Assembly (NCBI GenBank): GCA_040755415.1
Contig: JBFMAZ010000022.1
Coordinates: forward strand, 64,650 to 128,649
Length of the DNA stretch: 64,000 nucleotides
Direction: 5' to 3'
Source: Thermodesulfobacteriota bacterium
Lineage (GTDB): Bacteria; Desulfobacterota; QYQD01
Made by a program: the position numbers and the translations under genes. This document shows positions 26,871 through 37,348 of this stretch, one piece after another (position 1 is the stretch's first letter; the number at the start of each line of letters is the position of its first letter). The notes beneath the pieces were generated by a model. It worked only from the letters and a program-made list of their open reading frames with translations, searched no databases and had not been told where the DNA came from.

Positions 26871-28688
26871 ATGTATAAATCTTGCAGAATCAAGCAGTTG
26901 AGTCCATCAGTAAACGTGCCGCCCGTGGAAAGAGAATTAAAACAAGTCCTTTTTGAGAGAAATCTACTCGGCCAGATCAGCCGCGATCTTTACTCGGCCA
27001 GCACCCAGGATGAGGTGCTCGATGCCGCCTACCGGAGCGTGGAAAAACTTGGACGGGAAATAAGCAATATATGCATGTTTACCGAAGACGGCCGTTATAT
27101 ACAACTGGTTCGCGTGGGCATCGAATCCGGATTGGCTAAGAATATAGAAAGAATCGCCCGGCGTGTCATACCGGGCATTTCCCTCCTCGGCTATAAGATA
27201 CCCCTCTATGAAGAAAGCATCTACAAAAAGATGCGGGATACCGGGAAACCCATTGCTACCGAGAACATCGTTATGCAAGATAAAGATAGTGTTATCAGAA
27301 CCAATGTAGAACGAATAGCCATGGATTATACCTCTCCCGGCAGTCCCCTGCGACCTCTAATCAAGACACTTGTAGTTCCTATGCTCCCCTACAAGTCGGT
27401 AATAGATATGCCCATTGTGGCGGAAAATAAGGTGGCAGGGGCCATAGCCCTGACCAGTGATACAGATCTCACGGAAAATGATCTGGAGCTGCTGAGGACT
27501 CTGGCCCTGATGGCCGGAAGCGCCCTGGAGCGGGTCCGTCTTCTGGAAAAATGGAAAGATCACCTGGTGCAACTGGAAAAATCAGAGGCCAAATATCGAA
27601 GCCTGTTTGAAGCGGCCAAGGATATGATCTTCATCGCCGAGCCAAGCGGCAAGCTTATTGACGCCAATCCCTCGGCCTGCCGCTGCCTTGGTTTTAGCCC
27701 CAAAAAACTCCAGGATCAGTTTATGCAAAATATCTATGCGAACGAGGCGGACTGGACAGACATGATGCGGGCTATCGAGGCCAGAGGCTCTCAGACGATA
27801 GAGATAAGTTTCAGAAGAAAGGATGGTACTACCCTGCCGGTAGAAGTAAACGGGACCGTCTCCTCTCAGGCAGGCAGTAAAGTGGTACAGGTCATAGCCA
27901 GAGACCTTACCGAAAAAAAAGAGGCGGAATACGAACTCAGGAAGACGAATGCCCAACTGCTCCAATCGGCCAAACTGGCTTCCATCGGGGAACTGGCCGC
28001 CGGTGTAGCCCACGAACTCAATCAGCCCTTGACAGTTATTAAGGGCTTTGCCCAATCCTTACTGCGGAAAACCAACCAAGAAATTCTAAATAAAGAATTA
28101 TTGCAGGAAGTACTCCCGGTCGTCGAGAAAAATGCCATGCGCATGGGAGAGATTATAGACCATCTACGCACCTTCTCACGTCTGCCCCATACGAAGATGG
28201 AACCGGTAAACATTAACCAGGTTATAGAAAACGCCCTGCTCCTTATGGGGAGGCAGCTCGAGCTATATGGCATAATGGTAATTAAGGACTATAGTTCGCA
28301 AGGCCTCTTCTGTCGTGGCCATCCCGGACAACTGGAGCAGGTAGTCTTAAACCTTATGAGCAATGCCAAGGATGCCCTGGTAGAACAGGAAATATCCGTA
28401 AAGGGTCTGGAAATTTCAAAAGACTACAAAAAGATATTGACCGCCAAGACTGAGACAGACCATAACGGCCGCATAATCCTCAGCGTAAGAGACAACGGCA
28501 TAGGTATCGCCCCGGAAAATTTGGATAAGATCTTCGATCCATTTTTTACTACCAAGGAGGTAGGCAAAGGCACCGGCCTTGGCCTTTCCGTAAGTTACAA
28601 CATAATCGAGGAACACAAAGGCGATATCGAAATAGTTTCTCGCCAGGGTGAGGGCACTGAAGTAAAGGTAATATTGCCCGCTTGTTAA
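26871..28688 (+). CDS. Sensor histidine kinase with GAF and PAS domains
   Basis: 605 aa. The H-box is [13 protein letters not shown]. The HATPase_c motifs are [15 protein letters not shown] and GTGLGLS. No transmembrane segment is evident, so it is a cytoplasmic sensor. Confidence 0.88.
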   Translation: MYKSCRIKQLSPSVNVPPVERELKQVLFERNLLGQISRDLYSASTQDEVLDAAYRSVEKLGREISNICMFTEDGRYIQLVRVGIESGLAKNIERIARRVIPGISLLGYKIPLYEESIYKKMRDTGKPIATENIVMQDKDSVIRTNVERIAMDYTSPGSPLRPLIKTLVVPMLPYKSVIDMPIVAENKVAGAIALTSDTDLTENDLELLRTLALMAGSALERVRLLEKWKDHLVQLEKSEAKYRSLFEAAKDMIFIAEPSGKLIDANPSACRCLGFSPKKLQDQFMQNIYANEADWTDMMRAIEARGSQTIEISFRRKDGTTLPVEVNGTVSSQAGSKVVQVIARDLTEKKEAEYELRKTNAQLLQSAKLASIGELAAGVAHELNQPLTVIKGFAQSLLRKTNQEILNKELLQEVLPVVEKNAMRMGEIIDHLRTFSRLPHTKMEPVNINQVIENALLLMGRQLELYGIMVIKDYSSQGLFCRGHPGQLEQVVLNLMSNAKDALVEQEISVKGLEISKDYKKILTAKTETDHNGRIILSVRDNGIGIAPENLDKIFDPFFTTKEVGKGTGLGLSVSYNIIEEHKGDIEIVSRQGEGTEVKVILPAC

Positions 28689-28694
28689 CCAGTC

Positions 28695-28835
28695 CTTTTA
28701 ATTATAGTGAACGACCTCGAAAAGTAGTCATTGCGAAGAGCGAAGCGACGTGGCAATCTCATGAGATTGCTTCACTTCGTTCGCAATGACAACTGGCGGA
28801 TGTCAACTTATTTAAGTCGTTCACTATAGAAAGGT
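28695..28835. repeat. Nested (triple) inverted repeat / long cruciform between the two kinase genes
   Basis: The outer inverted repeat is tatagtgaacgac (28703-28715) against gtcgttcactata (28816-28828). The middle pair is tcattgcgaa against ttcgcaatga. The inner palindrome is gcaatctcatgagattgc. It may act as a bidirectional terminator, but it is unusually long. Confidence 0.7.
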
Positions 28836-28848
28836 TAAAAAACAGGTC

Positions 28849-30471
28849 ATGAACGGAAAAATTTTGGTGGTCGATGATGAAGCAGATATCCGGCTGCTAC
28901 TGCGCATGGAGCTCGAGGGAAGAGGATTCACTGTCCTGGAGGCTAAAAATGGCCTGGAGGGGATAGAAAAGCTGAAAACCGAACATCCTGATCTGGTAAT
29001 TGCCGATCTCAAGATGCCGGGGATGGACGGCCTGGCTATGATTCAGGAGATGAGAAAATTGGATGACAGGGCTCAGTTTATATTATTGACCGGATATGCC
29101 TCTGTGGAAACTGCCTTAGAGTGTATCCATCACAATCTGGTCTATGATTACCTGGTCAAGCCATTATCAGATATAGAAGACCTTATCTATACGGCACAAA
29201 GGGCCATAGAGAAAAAACAGCTCATCATAGAAAAAATGAGATACTGGGAGGCCCTTAAACAGACCAATGAGAGGCTGAAAGAAGCCAAGGCCGAGCTCGA
29301 AGAAAAGGCCGCCGCCACTGAATACGCCTACCGCCAGTTGAAGGAGACCCAGGAACTCCTCATTCGTTCCGAGAAACTTTCGGCCATAGGGGAACTGGTA
29401 TCTGCAATTGCCCACGAGATTAACAACCCCCTTACTTCTATCCTGGGGTATGCCCAGCTTCTGTCCCAAATAACCGACCCGGGGAAGATCAAACGCGGCC
29501 TTCGGATAATCGAAAAGGAGGCCCTGCGCACGGCCAAAATAGTTAAAAATATGCTGGCCTTCTCCAATACCGGAAATTTCCGGAGGGAACCGGTCAATAT
29601 AAATATCATAATGGAGGAAACCCTGGATTTTCTATCTTACGACCTCCGCAACCATAATATCCAGGTGGTAAAAAGTTTCGATAAAAACCTGCCGGCTGTA
29701 ACAGGCGACGACTATCAGATCCGCCAGGCCCTAGTCAACATTATCATTAATGCCAAGCAGGCTATAGCTCAGGCCTTCCGTGCCGGCACACTAACGGTCA
29801 GGACACGTTACGACTCAACCCGCAGGGTGGTTATGGTGGAAATCGAAGACGACGGTCCCGGGATACCAGATGAGATCCGGGAACGTATATTTGAACCGTT
29901 CTTCAGCACAAAAAGGCCGGGAAGGGGGACGGGGTTAGGACTGAGCGTCTCATATCACATCATTAAGGAGCATCAGGGGGATATAGCTGTAGCCCGGCGT
30001 CAACCCCGCGGTTCCGTATTTACTATCGCCTTTCCAGTGGCGACCGGGATAGAAACGGCCCCGGAGACGCCTGGCGCTGGCCCTCAAAGACCCCTGAAAA
30101 ACAGGCTACTGGTAGTGGACGATGAGCCCGCCGTTCTCAAACTTATATATGAGATACTTACCGACGAAGGATATGTGGTAGAAACGGTTACCGCCAGTAA
30201 GATAGCCCTGGAAAAGCTGGAAACCGGGCGATATGACCTGATGCTGACGGATATAATCATGCCGGATATCGACGGTAAGGAGCTTTTTAGCACCATCAGG
30301 GATATGGGTTTGCTGCCGCCGGGAGGAGTGATCTTTATGACCGGCGATACCATGGGTCATGAGACAAGTAGATTTCTTGAAGCCAGTGGCATAACCTACA
30401 TAACCAAGCCCTTTACCGTTGAGGAAATCAAAAATATCATCTCAGCCAGAATAGCTTCTCTGAGTGCTTAA
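28849..30471 (+). CDS. Hybrid two-component protein: REC - HisKA - HATPase_c - REC
   Basis: 540 aa. The N-terminal receiver has the acidic pocket [12 protein letters not shown] and the phospho-acceptor Asp DLKMPGMDG. The H-box is [13 protein letters not shown]. The HATPase motif is GRGTGLGLS. The C-terminal receiver has [11 protein letters not shown] and D at [10 protein letters not shown]. Confidence 0.88.
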   Translation: MNGKILVVDDEADIRLLLRMELEGRGFTVLEAKNGLEGIEKLKTEHPDLVIADLKMPGMDGLAMIQEMRKLDDRAQFILLTGYASVETALECIHHNLVYDYLVKPLSDIEDLIYTAQRAIEKKQLIIEKMRYWEALKQTNERLKEAKAELEEKAAATEYAYRQLKETQELLIRSEKLSAIGELVSAIAHEINNPLTSILGYAQLLSQITDPGKIKRGLRIIEKEALRTAKIVKNMLAFSNTGNFRREPVNINIIMEETLDFLSYDLRNHNIQVVKSFDKNLPAVTGDDYQIRQALVNIIINAKQAIAQAFRAGTLTVRTRYDSTRRVVMVEIEDDGPGIPDEIRERIFEPFFSTKRPGRGTGLGLSVSYHIIKEHQGDIAVARRQPRGSVFTIAFPVATGIETAPETPGAGPQRPLKNRLLVVDDEPAVLKLIYEILTDEGYVVETVTASKIALEKLETGRYDLMLTDIIMPDIDGKELFSTIRDMGLLPPGGVIFMTGDTMGHETSRFLEASGITYITKPFTVEEIKNIISARIASLSA

Positions 30472-30588
30472 CGGCCCGGGGGTCTTTTGCGCACCCTCAA
30501 CCGGCTATTTTCGCACCCTGAAGGGTGCGGCTACCGTTTGCGCAACAATTCCGGTAGCCACAGGCTTTAGCCTGCGTCCAAGCCTCCA

Positions 30589-32682
30589 TCAGGCCAATGT
30601 CCTCAGAAAATTAAAGGTATTCACCCTATCCCCCGGTTTTTTACCCGGCTTGCCGCCTAAAATCTCGGAGAGCATATTTCTAGCGGGGCGTTCCCACGTG
30701 AAATCAACCACCACAAAAGAAAGCCCCATCTTCTTCAAATCCTGCATATGGGGCAGGAGAGAATAAGGGTGCGAGGAGTGCACCAAAGTCAGTTCCCGGT
30801 AGCAGTTGATGAAAAAACTCTCTTTCTTAGGGCTTCGTATGGCGGTGCCCGGTTTTAGGCCGGGGGGCAGCAGCCGGGAGGTAAAGAGGGGCGGACGGCC
30901 ATAGGCGGTCAGCCCCACCGGGCACCCGCCGGCATGGGCCAATGCCTCTTTAAGGTTTTCTCGGTCTGTTTCTATAGAAAACTCCACCTCCGTAATCCCC
31001 AGATCGTAAAGGGCCCTGATGGAAAGGGAGTTAAGCACATTGGCCGTGTAACTGGCGGAAAGGTATATGTCTCTCCCTTTATGTGAGAAAAGTTGCCGCT
31101 GGCCTATATGGCCCAGGTGCCAGGACTTAAATCCGGCCCGGCTGAATCCATCTATCGCCTCCTCATAAAACCGGCATCGTTTTTCCTCTATGACAGGAGG
31201 CAGCATCCAGGAGAATCGGTGCCGCATCTGCAAAATCTGTTTGTGGTAGCGGCTGTATTGGGTGAAGGTCTTCTCATCCAGGAGGACCAAGAGGCGATCT
31301 ATGCCACGGCCTGACACATCAGACAGGTGGTTCAGATCGCCCAATTTTACCCACCACTTAAGGTCTTTTCTCTGCCTGACCCCGAAATTCTTCTCCGGGA
31401 ATAATTTTGAAACAACCGAATCCGGGCTTGGCCCTTTTTTTATTGCCGGTCTGATATCACAGCCTTTAGTGGCGGCAAAAATGAGACTTCTTATCCGGCC
31501 TGAGCCGCGTAACAACGCGGCGTCCTTCGCATCCACCTTAAAAAGCAGATCTCCCTTGCGGCAAGGGACGGGCATCTTAAGCCTGATCTCCTGACCTTGC
31601 GCTGCATTTATCAGTTCCTTCCCCCCAGCAAACATTTTCCCCAAGGTAAATGAGTGCCTTTCGTCATGGGAGCGCCTTACAAGGCGTAACCGGTCCCCAA
31701 CGCCGACATCAGCGGCAGGCCTCACCACGGCCTCATCCCCGCGTGCGGTTAGGATCCTCCCCAGAAAAAGGCCAGCCGTGCCTGAAAAATGCGGGGTGAC
31801 GATATCCACAAGGCGTGGATACAGAAAGTACCCGGGGGTCGGCTTTCGGCCCAGACACTGCCTTATTAAATCTTCAGCCCGGCCCAGGGCCTCTTCATCG
31901 CCTTCCGGCGCATCCAGTACCGTGCGGTAGGCTTCTACTATAGAGCTTACGTAGTGGGCACTGCGCATCCTCCCCTCAAGCTTGACGGAGGTGACACCGG
32001 CCTTCTTTAGTTCAGGCAGCAACCTGATGGCCGAGAGGTCATTCATGGAAAAAAACGAGCCGTGTTTTTTGCCGCTTTCGTACAAACGGCGGCAGGGCTG
32101 GACGCACCGGCCGCGCATACTGGACTTTCCACCCAGATAACTGCTCATCAGACAGAGCCCGGAAAAGCTGTAACAAAGGGCCCCCTGGACAAAGACCTCC
32201 AGCTCAATCGGAGAATGCCGGTGTATGGCGCCTATTTCATCTATGGACAGCTCGCGGGCCAAAACCACCCGCTGGAATCCGAGCTTATGCAGGTGATCAG
32301 CTCCCGGGTGGTTGTGGATGGTCATAAGGGTGCTGGCATGGAGGCGGAAGGCCGGAAAGTATCTTTTGATCAAATAATACAGCCCCATATCCTGAATGAT
32401 CAGGGCATCGGGAGAAAGCCCTTCTAATATCCTGAGTCCTTCGGCTATCGCCGGCACGTCTCTCTCCTTGAGCAGGATGTTCAGGGCTATATAGACCTTT
32501 ACGCCGTGGTTATGGGCGAAGGGGATCATCCGGCTGATGTCCTGCAGGGAAAAATTCTCGGCCTGGAAGCGGGCGTTGAAGTCACTCCATCCGATATAGA
32601 CGGCATCGGCCTTTTTCTCCACCGCCGCCCAGAATGCCTCCGGATTTCCGGCCGGGGCTAAGAGCTCGGTTTGTTTTTGCAT
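30589..32682 (-). CDS. Peptidase U32 family protein (collagenase-like) with a long C-terminal extension
   Basis: 697 aa. The U32 core spans residues 1-300 and includes the motif E..VQGALCYSFSGLC. The C-terminal half resembles DUF3656-type extensions. Confidence 0.8.
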   Translation of the reverse strand: MQKQTELLAPAGNPEAFWAAVEKKADAVYIGWSDFNARFQAENFSLQDISRMIPFAHNHGVKVYIALNILLKERDVPAIAEGLRILEGLSPDALIIQDMGLYYLIKRYFPAFRLHASTLMTIHNHPGADHLHKLGFQRVVLARELSIDEIGAIHRHSPIELEVFVQGALCYSFSGLCLMSSYLGGKSSMRGRCVQPCRRLYESGKKHGSFFSMNDLSAIRLLPELKKAGVTSVKLEGRMRSAHYVSSIVEAYRTVLDAPEGDEEALGRAEDLIRQCLGRKPTPGYFLYPRLVDIVTPHFSGTAGLFLGRILTARGDEAVVRPAADVGVGDRLRLVRRSHDERHSFTLGKMFAGGKELINAAQGQEIRLKMPVPCRKGDLLFKVDAKDAALLRGSGRIRSLIFAATKGCDIRPAIKKGPSPDSVVSKLFPEKNFGVRQRKDLKWWVKLGDLNHLSDVSGRGIDRLLVLLDEKTFTQYSRYHKQILQMRHRFSWMLPPVIEEKRCRFYEEAIDGFSRAGFKSWHLGHIGQRQLFSHKGRDIYLSASYTANVLNSLSIRALYDLGITEVEFSIETDRENLKEALAHAGGCPVGLTAYGRPPLFTSRLLPPGLKPGTAIRSPKKESFFINCYRELTLVHSSHPYSLLPHMQDLKKMGLSFVVVDFTWERPARNMLSEILGGKPGKKPGDRVNTFNFLRTLA

Positions 32683-32774
32683 AATTCCTAAAATCGGCTA
32701 TAATGCCAGACGATTTTGTGGCGTGACACGCTAATAATCACTTTTTGTCTATAGCGCGGCACAGCCGCAACCAA

Positions 32775-33060
32775 AGAAGTTCACGGTTCCGAGTTCCACG
32801 TTCACGGTTTTTTAACCCTGAACTTTGAACCTTGGTAACACTTTAGCTGTTTGAAAAGAGCTAGTCGTCCAGAAAACGGCGCCTCGAAAATCCCCCTTAA
32901 TCCCCCTTTTTCAAAGGGGGAATGTAGGGGGATCCCCTTTTTCAAAGGGGGAAATGTTTCTCCTCCCTTTGGAAAAGGGAGGTTGGGAGGGATTTTAAAA
33001 TACTTTTTCAAACAGCTAAACTGATACGAACCTTGAAATTTGAACTTGTAATGGCCAGTT
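32775..33060. repeat. Composite modular intergenic repeat, copy 4 (variant arms of gaac/ttcacgg type, core, three G/C hairpins)
   Basis: The core aacactttagctgtttgaaaagagctagtcgtccagaaaacggcgcctcgaaaatccccc is nearly identical to 4301-4360. The trailing ggattttaaaatactttttcaaacagctaaa is nearly identical to 4420-4450. Confidence 0.85.
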
Positions 33061-33183
33061 TTCATTAGCAATATCCAGGAAACTTCAATAAAATTTAAAG
33101 AAAAATAACGTTAGTAGTACAGAGGATACATACTAACCGCCAGGCGCCGGAAAGTCAAAGGATAGGGTGAACAAGACATTATT

Positions 33184-34122
33184 ATGTCCGTCGATGGCCA
33201 TCTCTTAAACATAATTAAAGTAATCAGTAACGTTACCGACGCCTTTACTACTGCCTTGTTTTTGGCCGACCCCCAAAGTGAGAGTTTAACCTTGCAAGCT
33301 TACTACAGTTTAAGCAAAAATGTCATCCCCCGGGTACAATTTGGCTACGGAGACGGTATGGTGGGCTGGGTGGCTAAAAACAACAAGCCTATTATCGCCA
33401 ACCAATTTGACAGAGATACTACTACATTGCAATTCTACTCGGCGGATGAGGATATCAAATCCTTCATGGCTGTTCCTCTCCCCCGCGGGAAGGGTGTTCT
33501 TTCCGTGGATAGCAAGCATAAATACATATTTACTGAAAAAAGCCAAAAACTGCTCTTGGGATTTGCCGATCTTATCGTACATGAAACAGAAGTCTCCGCC
33601 TTGCAGGCCAAAGAACGCCTCTATGACCGGATACTCAATCTCCACTACCAGGCCGACCGTATAGGACAACAAACCGGAGATTTTGATGATTACCTCATCA
33701 ACATCCTGACCCTATGCCTTTCTTTTACCCGGGCCGAGATGGGATTCGTGGCCTTTCTTTTATCCCCTGAACCAGACGCCAGGTACAGCCTCCCGGCCCT
33801 GATCGGTACGATAAAATCCAACCTCCAGAGACAGCAGTTTTCAGTGGAAAAGGGTCTGGTGGGCTGGATCTTTAGAAAAAGAAAGCCGCTGGTACTGGAG
33901 AGGATAGGACAAGAACCGAGGAAATCCTACCTTTTTACACCAGAAGAGCCTTTCAAAGGGTTCAATGCCTTTTTGGGTATCCCCTGCCTGTTTCAGGATT
34001 TCATCCCCGGGGTAATGGGTTTCACCAGTTACAGCAGTTGTACGTGGGAGACAGAGGAGGTCGATGCCCTCTTGAGTATCGGACAAAGGATTATCTTGAC
34101 GAAAATGTCCATGAAAGGATAA
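33184..34122 (+). CDS. Tandem GAF-domain protein (signalling/regulatory, no output domain)
   Basis: 312 aa. There are two GAF-like halves. The first is DAFTTALFLADPQSESLTLQAYY...GDGMVGWVAKNNKPII. The second is GFVAFLLSPEPDARYSL...GLVGWIFRKRKPLVLE. Confidence 0.6.
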   Translation: MSVDGHLLNIIKVISNVTDAFTTALFLADPQSESLTLQAYYSLSKNVIPRVQFGYGDGMVGWVAKNNKPIIANQFDRDTTTLQFYSADEDIKSFMAVPLPRGKGVLSVDSKHKYIFTEKSQKLLLGFADLIVHETEVSALQAKERLYDRILNLHYQADRIGQQTGDFDDYLINILTLCLSFTRAEMGFVAFLLSPEPDARYSLPALIGTIKSNLQRQQFSVEKGLVGWIFRKRKPLVLERIGQEPRKSYLFTPEEPFKGFNAFLGIPCLFQDFIPGVMGFTSYSSCTWETEEVDALLSIGQRIILTKMSMKG

Positions 34123-34124
34123 TC

Positions 34125-34240
34125 TGCCTTCTGCGAAGGCAACATCACTGGTCATTAGTCATCGGTCATTAGTTAGGCGTGAAAGACTGATCACTTTTAC
34201 CGGTGACAAATGACTATTGACTAATGACATTCACTATAGG
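34125..34240. repeat. Element with terminal inverted repeats of the gtcattagtca type, repeat family C, copy 1
   Basis: Reads cactggtcattagtcatcggtcattagttaggcgtgaaagactgatcacttttaccggtgacaaatgactattgactaatgacattcac. An inverted copy lies at 61875-61995. Confidence 0.8.
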
Positions 34241-34254
34241 AGGACACACCATAT

Positions 34255-35277
34255 ATGCTATTGGATCGCTTGTTCGGCTTTCTGGCTAAAGATGCCGCCA
34301 TGGACCTGGGCACAGCCAATACCCTGATTTATATGCCGGGGGAAGGCATTGTTTTAAACGAACCTTCTGTTGTGGCTATAAATAAAGATACGGACCAGGT
34401 CATAGCCGTCGGCCGGGAGGCCAAGGAATACCTGGGGCGTACACCGCAAAAGATCAGGGCCGTCAGGCCGATGAAAGACGGGGTCATTGCCGACTTTGAG
34501 GTCACCCAGCAGATGATCAAGTATTTCCTCCGAAAGATAAATATAAGCCGCTTTATTCGGCCCAAGATGGTTATCTGCGTCCCCACCGGCATCACCCAGG
34601 TAGAAAAGCGGGCGGTCATCGAGGCGGCAGAGGAGTCCGGAGTCCGGAAGGTGTTTTTGATAGAAGAACCTATGGCCGCGGCCATTGGTGCCGGGTTAGA
34701 AATTGAGAAACCGAGCGGCCAAATGGTAATAGACATCGGCGGGGGGACGACAGAGGTAGCCGTAATATCTGTTTCCGCCATAGCCTGTAGCGAATCCCAC
34801 CGGGTAGCCGGAGATGAGATCAACGAGGCCATTGTCCGTTATATGCAAAAAAAATATCAGATACTCATCGGTGAAAATACATCTGAACATATCAAAATAA
34901 ACATAGGTTCTGCCTATCCCCTGGACGAACCTCAGAGCATGCTCGTATCCGGCAAGGAAATCCTTACCGGATTTCCAAAGACCATACCCGTCACCGATGC
35001 CGAGATCCGCGAGGCCATAGCCGAGCCGGTAAGCGGTATTATCGGGGCCATTAGACGCACCCTGGACGATACACCGCCGGAACTGGTGGCCGATATCCAC
35101 CAGAGTGGACTTTACATGGCCGGTGGAGGCTCCCTTCTTAAGGGGTTGGACCGCCGTATCACCGAGGAAACCCGCCTCAAGACCATACTGACTGAAGACC
35201 CCTTAACCACGGTAGTTATGGGCTCCGGCCGGGCCCTGGAAGAAATCAAGGATTATGCCAAGGTCTTTATTAACTGA
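34255..35277 (+). CDS. mreB: Rod shape-determining protein MreB (actin homologue)
   Basis: 340 aa. It contains DLGTANTLIY. The phosphate-2 motif is VIDIGGGTTEVAVIS. The adenosine motif is GIYMAGGGSLLKGLD. Confidence 0.93.
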   Translation: MLLDRLFGFLAKDAAMDLGTANTLIYMPGEGIVLNEPSVVAINKDTDQVIAVGREAKEYLGRTPQKIRAVRPMKDGVIADFEVTQQMIKYFLRKINISRFIRPKMVICVPTGITQVEKRAVIEAAEESGVRKVFLIEEPMAAAIGAGLEIEKPSGQMVIDIGGGTTEVAVISVSAIACSESHRVAGDEINEAIVRYMQKKYQILIGENTSEHIKINIGSAYPLDEPQSMLVSGKEILTGFPKTIPVTDAEIREAIAEPVSGIIGAIRRTLDDTPPELVADIHQSGLYMAGGGSLLKGLDRRITEETRLKTILTEDPLTTVVMGSGRALEEIKDYAKVFIN

Positions 35278-36061
35278 TACAGAGAGCCTTATAGAAACGG
35301 CCATAACCGTGGCCCGGGAAGGTGGTCAATTACTGAAGGAAATCTTTGGTCAGAAGCGAAAAGTCTATTTTAAAGATGAAATCGATCTGGTCACCGACGC
35401 CGACCTTCGGGCTGAAGAGTTCATTGTAAAGACTATTCACGACAGATACCCGGAACACACTATTGTCAGTGAGGAAAAACATCCCCAGGCGGGCCTATCA
35501 CCTTACAAATGGATCATCGATCCCCTGGATGGGACCACCAATTATGCCCATGGGTTCCCATGGTTCTGCGTCTCTATCGCCCTTGCTATTCATGACGAAC
35601 CGGTTCTCGGGGTGGTCTATCATCCATTTCTGGACCAGCTTTTCCGGGCCAGGAAGGGCGCAGGGGCTTATTTGAATGAAGGGCCTATTTGTGTATCCGC
35701 CACCGGCAAGCTCGGCCATAGCCTCCTGGCTACCGGGTTTCCCTATAACATACACACCGAACCAGAACCGGCAGTTTCCCACTTCAAGCGATTTCTTACA
35801 CACTCCAGAGGCATAAGACGGGCCGGATCAGCCGCGCTGGATCTCTGTTATGTGGCCTGCGGCTGTTTTGACGGTTTCTGGGAAACCAATCTTAAACCAT
35901 GGGATACAGCGGCTGGGGCACTGATAGTCCGGGAAGCGGGTGGATTGGTAACGGACTTCCAAAACCGGCCCTTTGCCCTGGACATGCCTGAGATATTGGC
36001 CAGTAACGGCCGCCTACACGGGCAAATGATTGCTGTCCTTCAGGAACAAAGGGCGGTCTGA
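35255..36061 (+). CDS. suhB: Inositol monophosphatase family protein (SuhB-like)
   Basis: It has the motif WIIDPLDGTTNYAHG (DPxDGT), a WDTAAG motif and a metal-binding EE region. The ORF overlaps the mreB 3' end by 23 bp, and there is no alternative in-frame Met. Confidence 0.85.
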   Translation: MPRSLLTDTESLIETAITVAREGGQLLKEIFGQKRKVYFKDEIDLVTDADLRAEEFIVKTIHDRYPEHTIVSEEKHPQAGLSPYKWIIDPLDGTTNYAHGFPWFCVSIALAIHDEPVLGVVYHPFLDQLFRARKGAGAYLNEGPICVSATGKLGHSLLATGFPYNIHTEPEPAVSHFKRFLTHSRGIRRAGSAALDLCYVACGCFDGFWETNLKPWDTAAGALIVREAGGLVTDFQNRPFALDMPEILASNGRLHGQMIAVLQEQRAV

Positions 36062-36348
36062 TCAGCTATCACTTTTCTGATTTCCTCAATAGAGATTCCC
36101 TGGATCTCTATGAGCTTCAAACGGGATTTATGCCCGTTCTTGATGGACAGGTTCGTCCGGGGCAGGTTAAACAAAGAGGCAAAAAACCGAATACAGGCGG
36201 CATTAGCCTCTCCATCTACCGGAGGGGCTTTCAATTTGACTTTAAGGGCATCGCCGTGATAACCGGCTATACCCTCACGTGAGGCCTTTGGTTGTACGTA
36301 AACTTTCAAAAAGACCCCGTCAGGGGATGGTTGGAGAAATAGGGTCAC
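36040..36348 (-). CDS. DUF167 (YggU/UPF0235) family protein
   Basis: 102 aa. The sequence LKVYVQPKASREGIAGYHGDALKVKLKAPPVDGEANAACIRFFASLF is typical of YggU. Its synteny with yggT and divIVA supports the call. Confidence 0.75.
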   Translation of the reverse strand: MTLFLQPSPDGVFLKVYVQPKASREGIAGYHGDALKVKLKAPPVDGEANAACIRFFASLFNLPRTNLSIKNGHKSRLKLIEIQGISIEEIRKVIADQTALCS

Positions 36349-36932
36349 TTTGCCAACTCTTCACCCTCTAAATCTACTCCAGAGATAATTTCATTGATAG
36401 CACTCATAGCCTGATGTACTTCACCTGTCCCAGCCTCCTCCCCTTTTTCCGCTACTTCTTTCTCTGAAAAATCAGAGGGCTCTTTCTCTGCGGCCAGCCA
36501 TTTCGAAAGGCTTTCAATAAAAGACTTAACCCGATACTCCATCTGGGCCTTTTGGCGTCTCAACTGATTGATTTCTTCCTGTATCTGAGCCGCCTGAACA
36601 CGGGCATTTTCCACCATTTTTTGGGCTTCAAGTTCGGCCTGAGTTACTATAAGCTTAGCCTGGCGCTCAGCATTGGATTTAAGCTCATCCACTACACGCT
36701 GGGCAGAAACAAAGGCTGTCTGAAAAGTCTTTTCCTTCTCTTCAAAATTAGCCAAGCTTTCCTTGAGCCTTTTGACTTCATCCTTGAGGGCGCTATTTTC
36801 GTGGAGTGCCTCTTTGAGTTCTTCCGCTACCAATTCCAGGAAGGAATCTACCTCCCGCATGTCAAAACCGCGGAAACGAACCCGAAATTCCTGTTGTTGA
36901 ATATCCATAGGCGTAATACGCATATCAGTCAC
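36345..36932 (-). CDS. divIVA: DivIVA domain-containing cell-division protein
   Basis: The N-terminus MRITPMDIQQQEFRVRFRGFDMREVDSFLELVAEEL is the DivIVA signature. A coiled coil follows. Confidence 0.88.
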   Translation of the reverse strand: MTDMRITPMDIQQQEFRVRFRGFDMREVDSFLELVAEELKEALHENSALKDEVKRLKESLANFEEKEKTFQTAFVSAQRVVDELKSNAERQAKLIVTQAELEAQKMVENARVQAAQIQEEINQLRRQKAQMEYRVKSFIESLSKWLAAEKEPSDFSEKEVAEKGEEAGTGEVHQAMSAINEIISGVDLEGEELAK

Positions 36933-36950
36933 CCTCTTTGGATGGGTTAA

Positions 36951-37268
36951 TCAACCAAGCTGTCCGGCTATATCCGCCAGGGTTGGCACGAGGAAACTTT
37001 GCAGGAAAATGATGATCAATATAATAATCATCGGTGAAAAATCTATGCCGCCAAGGCTGATGGGAAGAATACGGCGCACCCGGTAAAGGAGGGGTTCGGT
37101 TACCCCGTAAAGGAAGCGAACGATGGGATTGTACGGATCAGGATTGACCCAGGAAATGACCGCCCGGGCAATAATGATCCACATATAAAGTGATAGTACT
37201 ATGTCGATTATCTTGGCCAAGGCATTCAACAAATTTCCGAAAACGAACATCGGCACATCCTTATGCAC
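36951..37268 (-). CDS. YggT family membrane protein
   Basis: 105 aa with two transmembrane segments. The sequence LLNALAKIIDIVLSLYMWIIIARAVISWVNPDPYNPIVRFLYGVTEPLLYRVRRILP is the YggT/Ycf19 pattern. Confidence 0.85.
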   Translation of the reverse strand: MHKDVPMFVFGNLLNALAKIIDIVLSLYMWIIIARAVISWVNPDPYNPIVRFLYGVTEPLLYRVRRILPISLGGIDFSPMIIILIIIFLQSFLVPTLADIAGQLG

Positions 37269-37348
37269 AGGGACTGGCCCCAGATTAAAAATGCTATGGA
37301 TTATATCGGCATTTCTGAAAAATAGTCAAGGAGTAAACAGAAAATATC

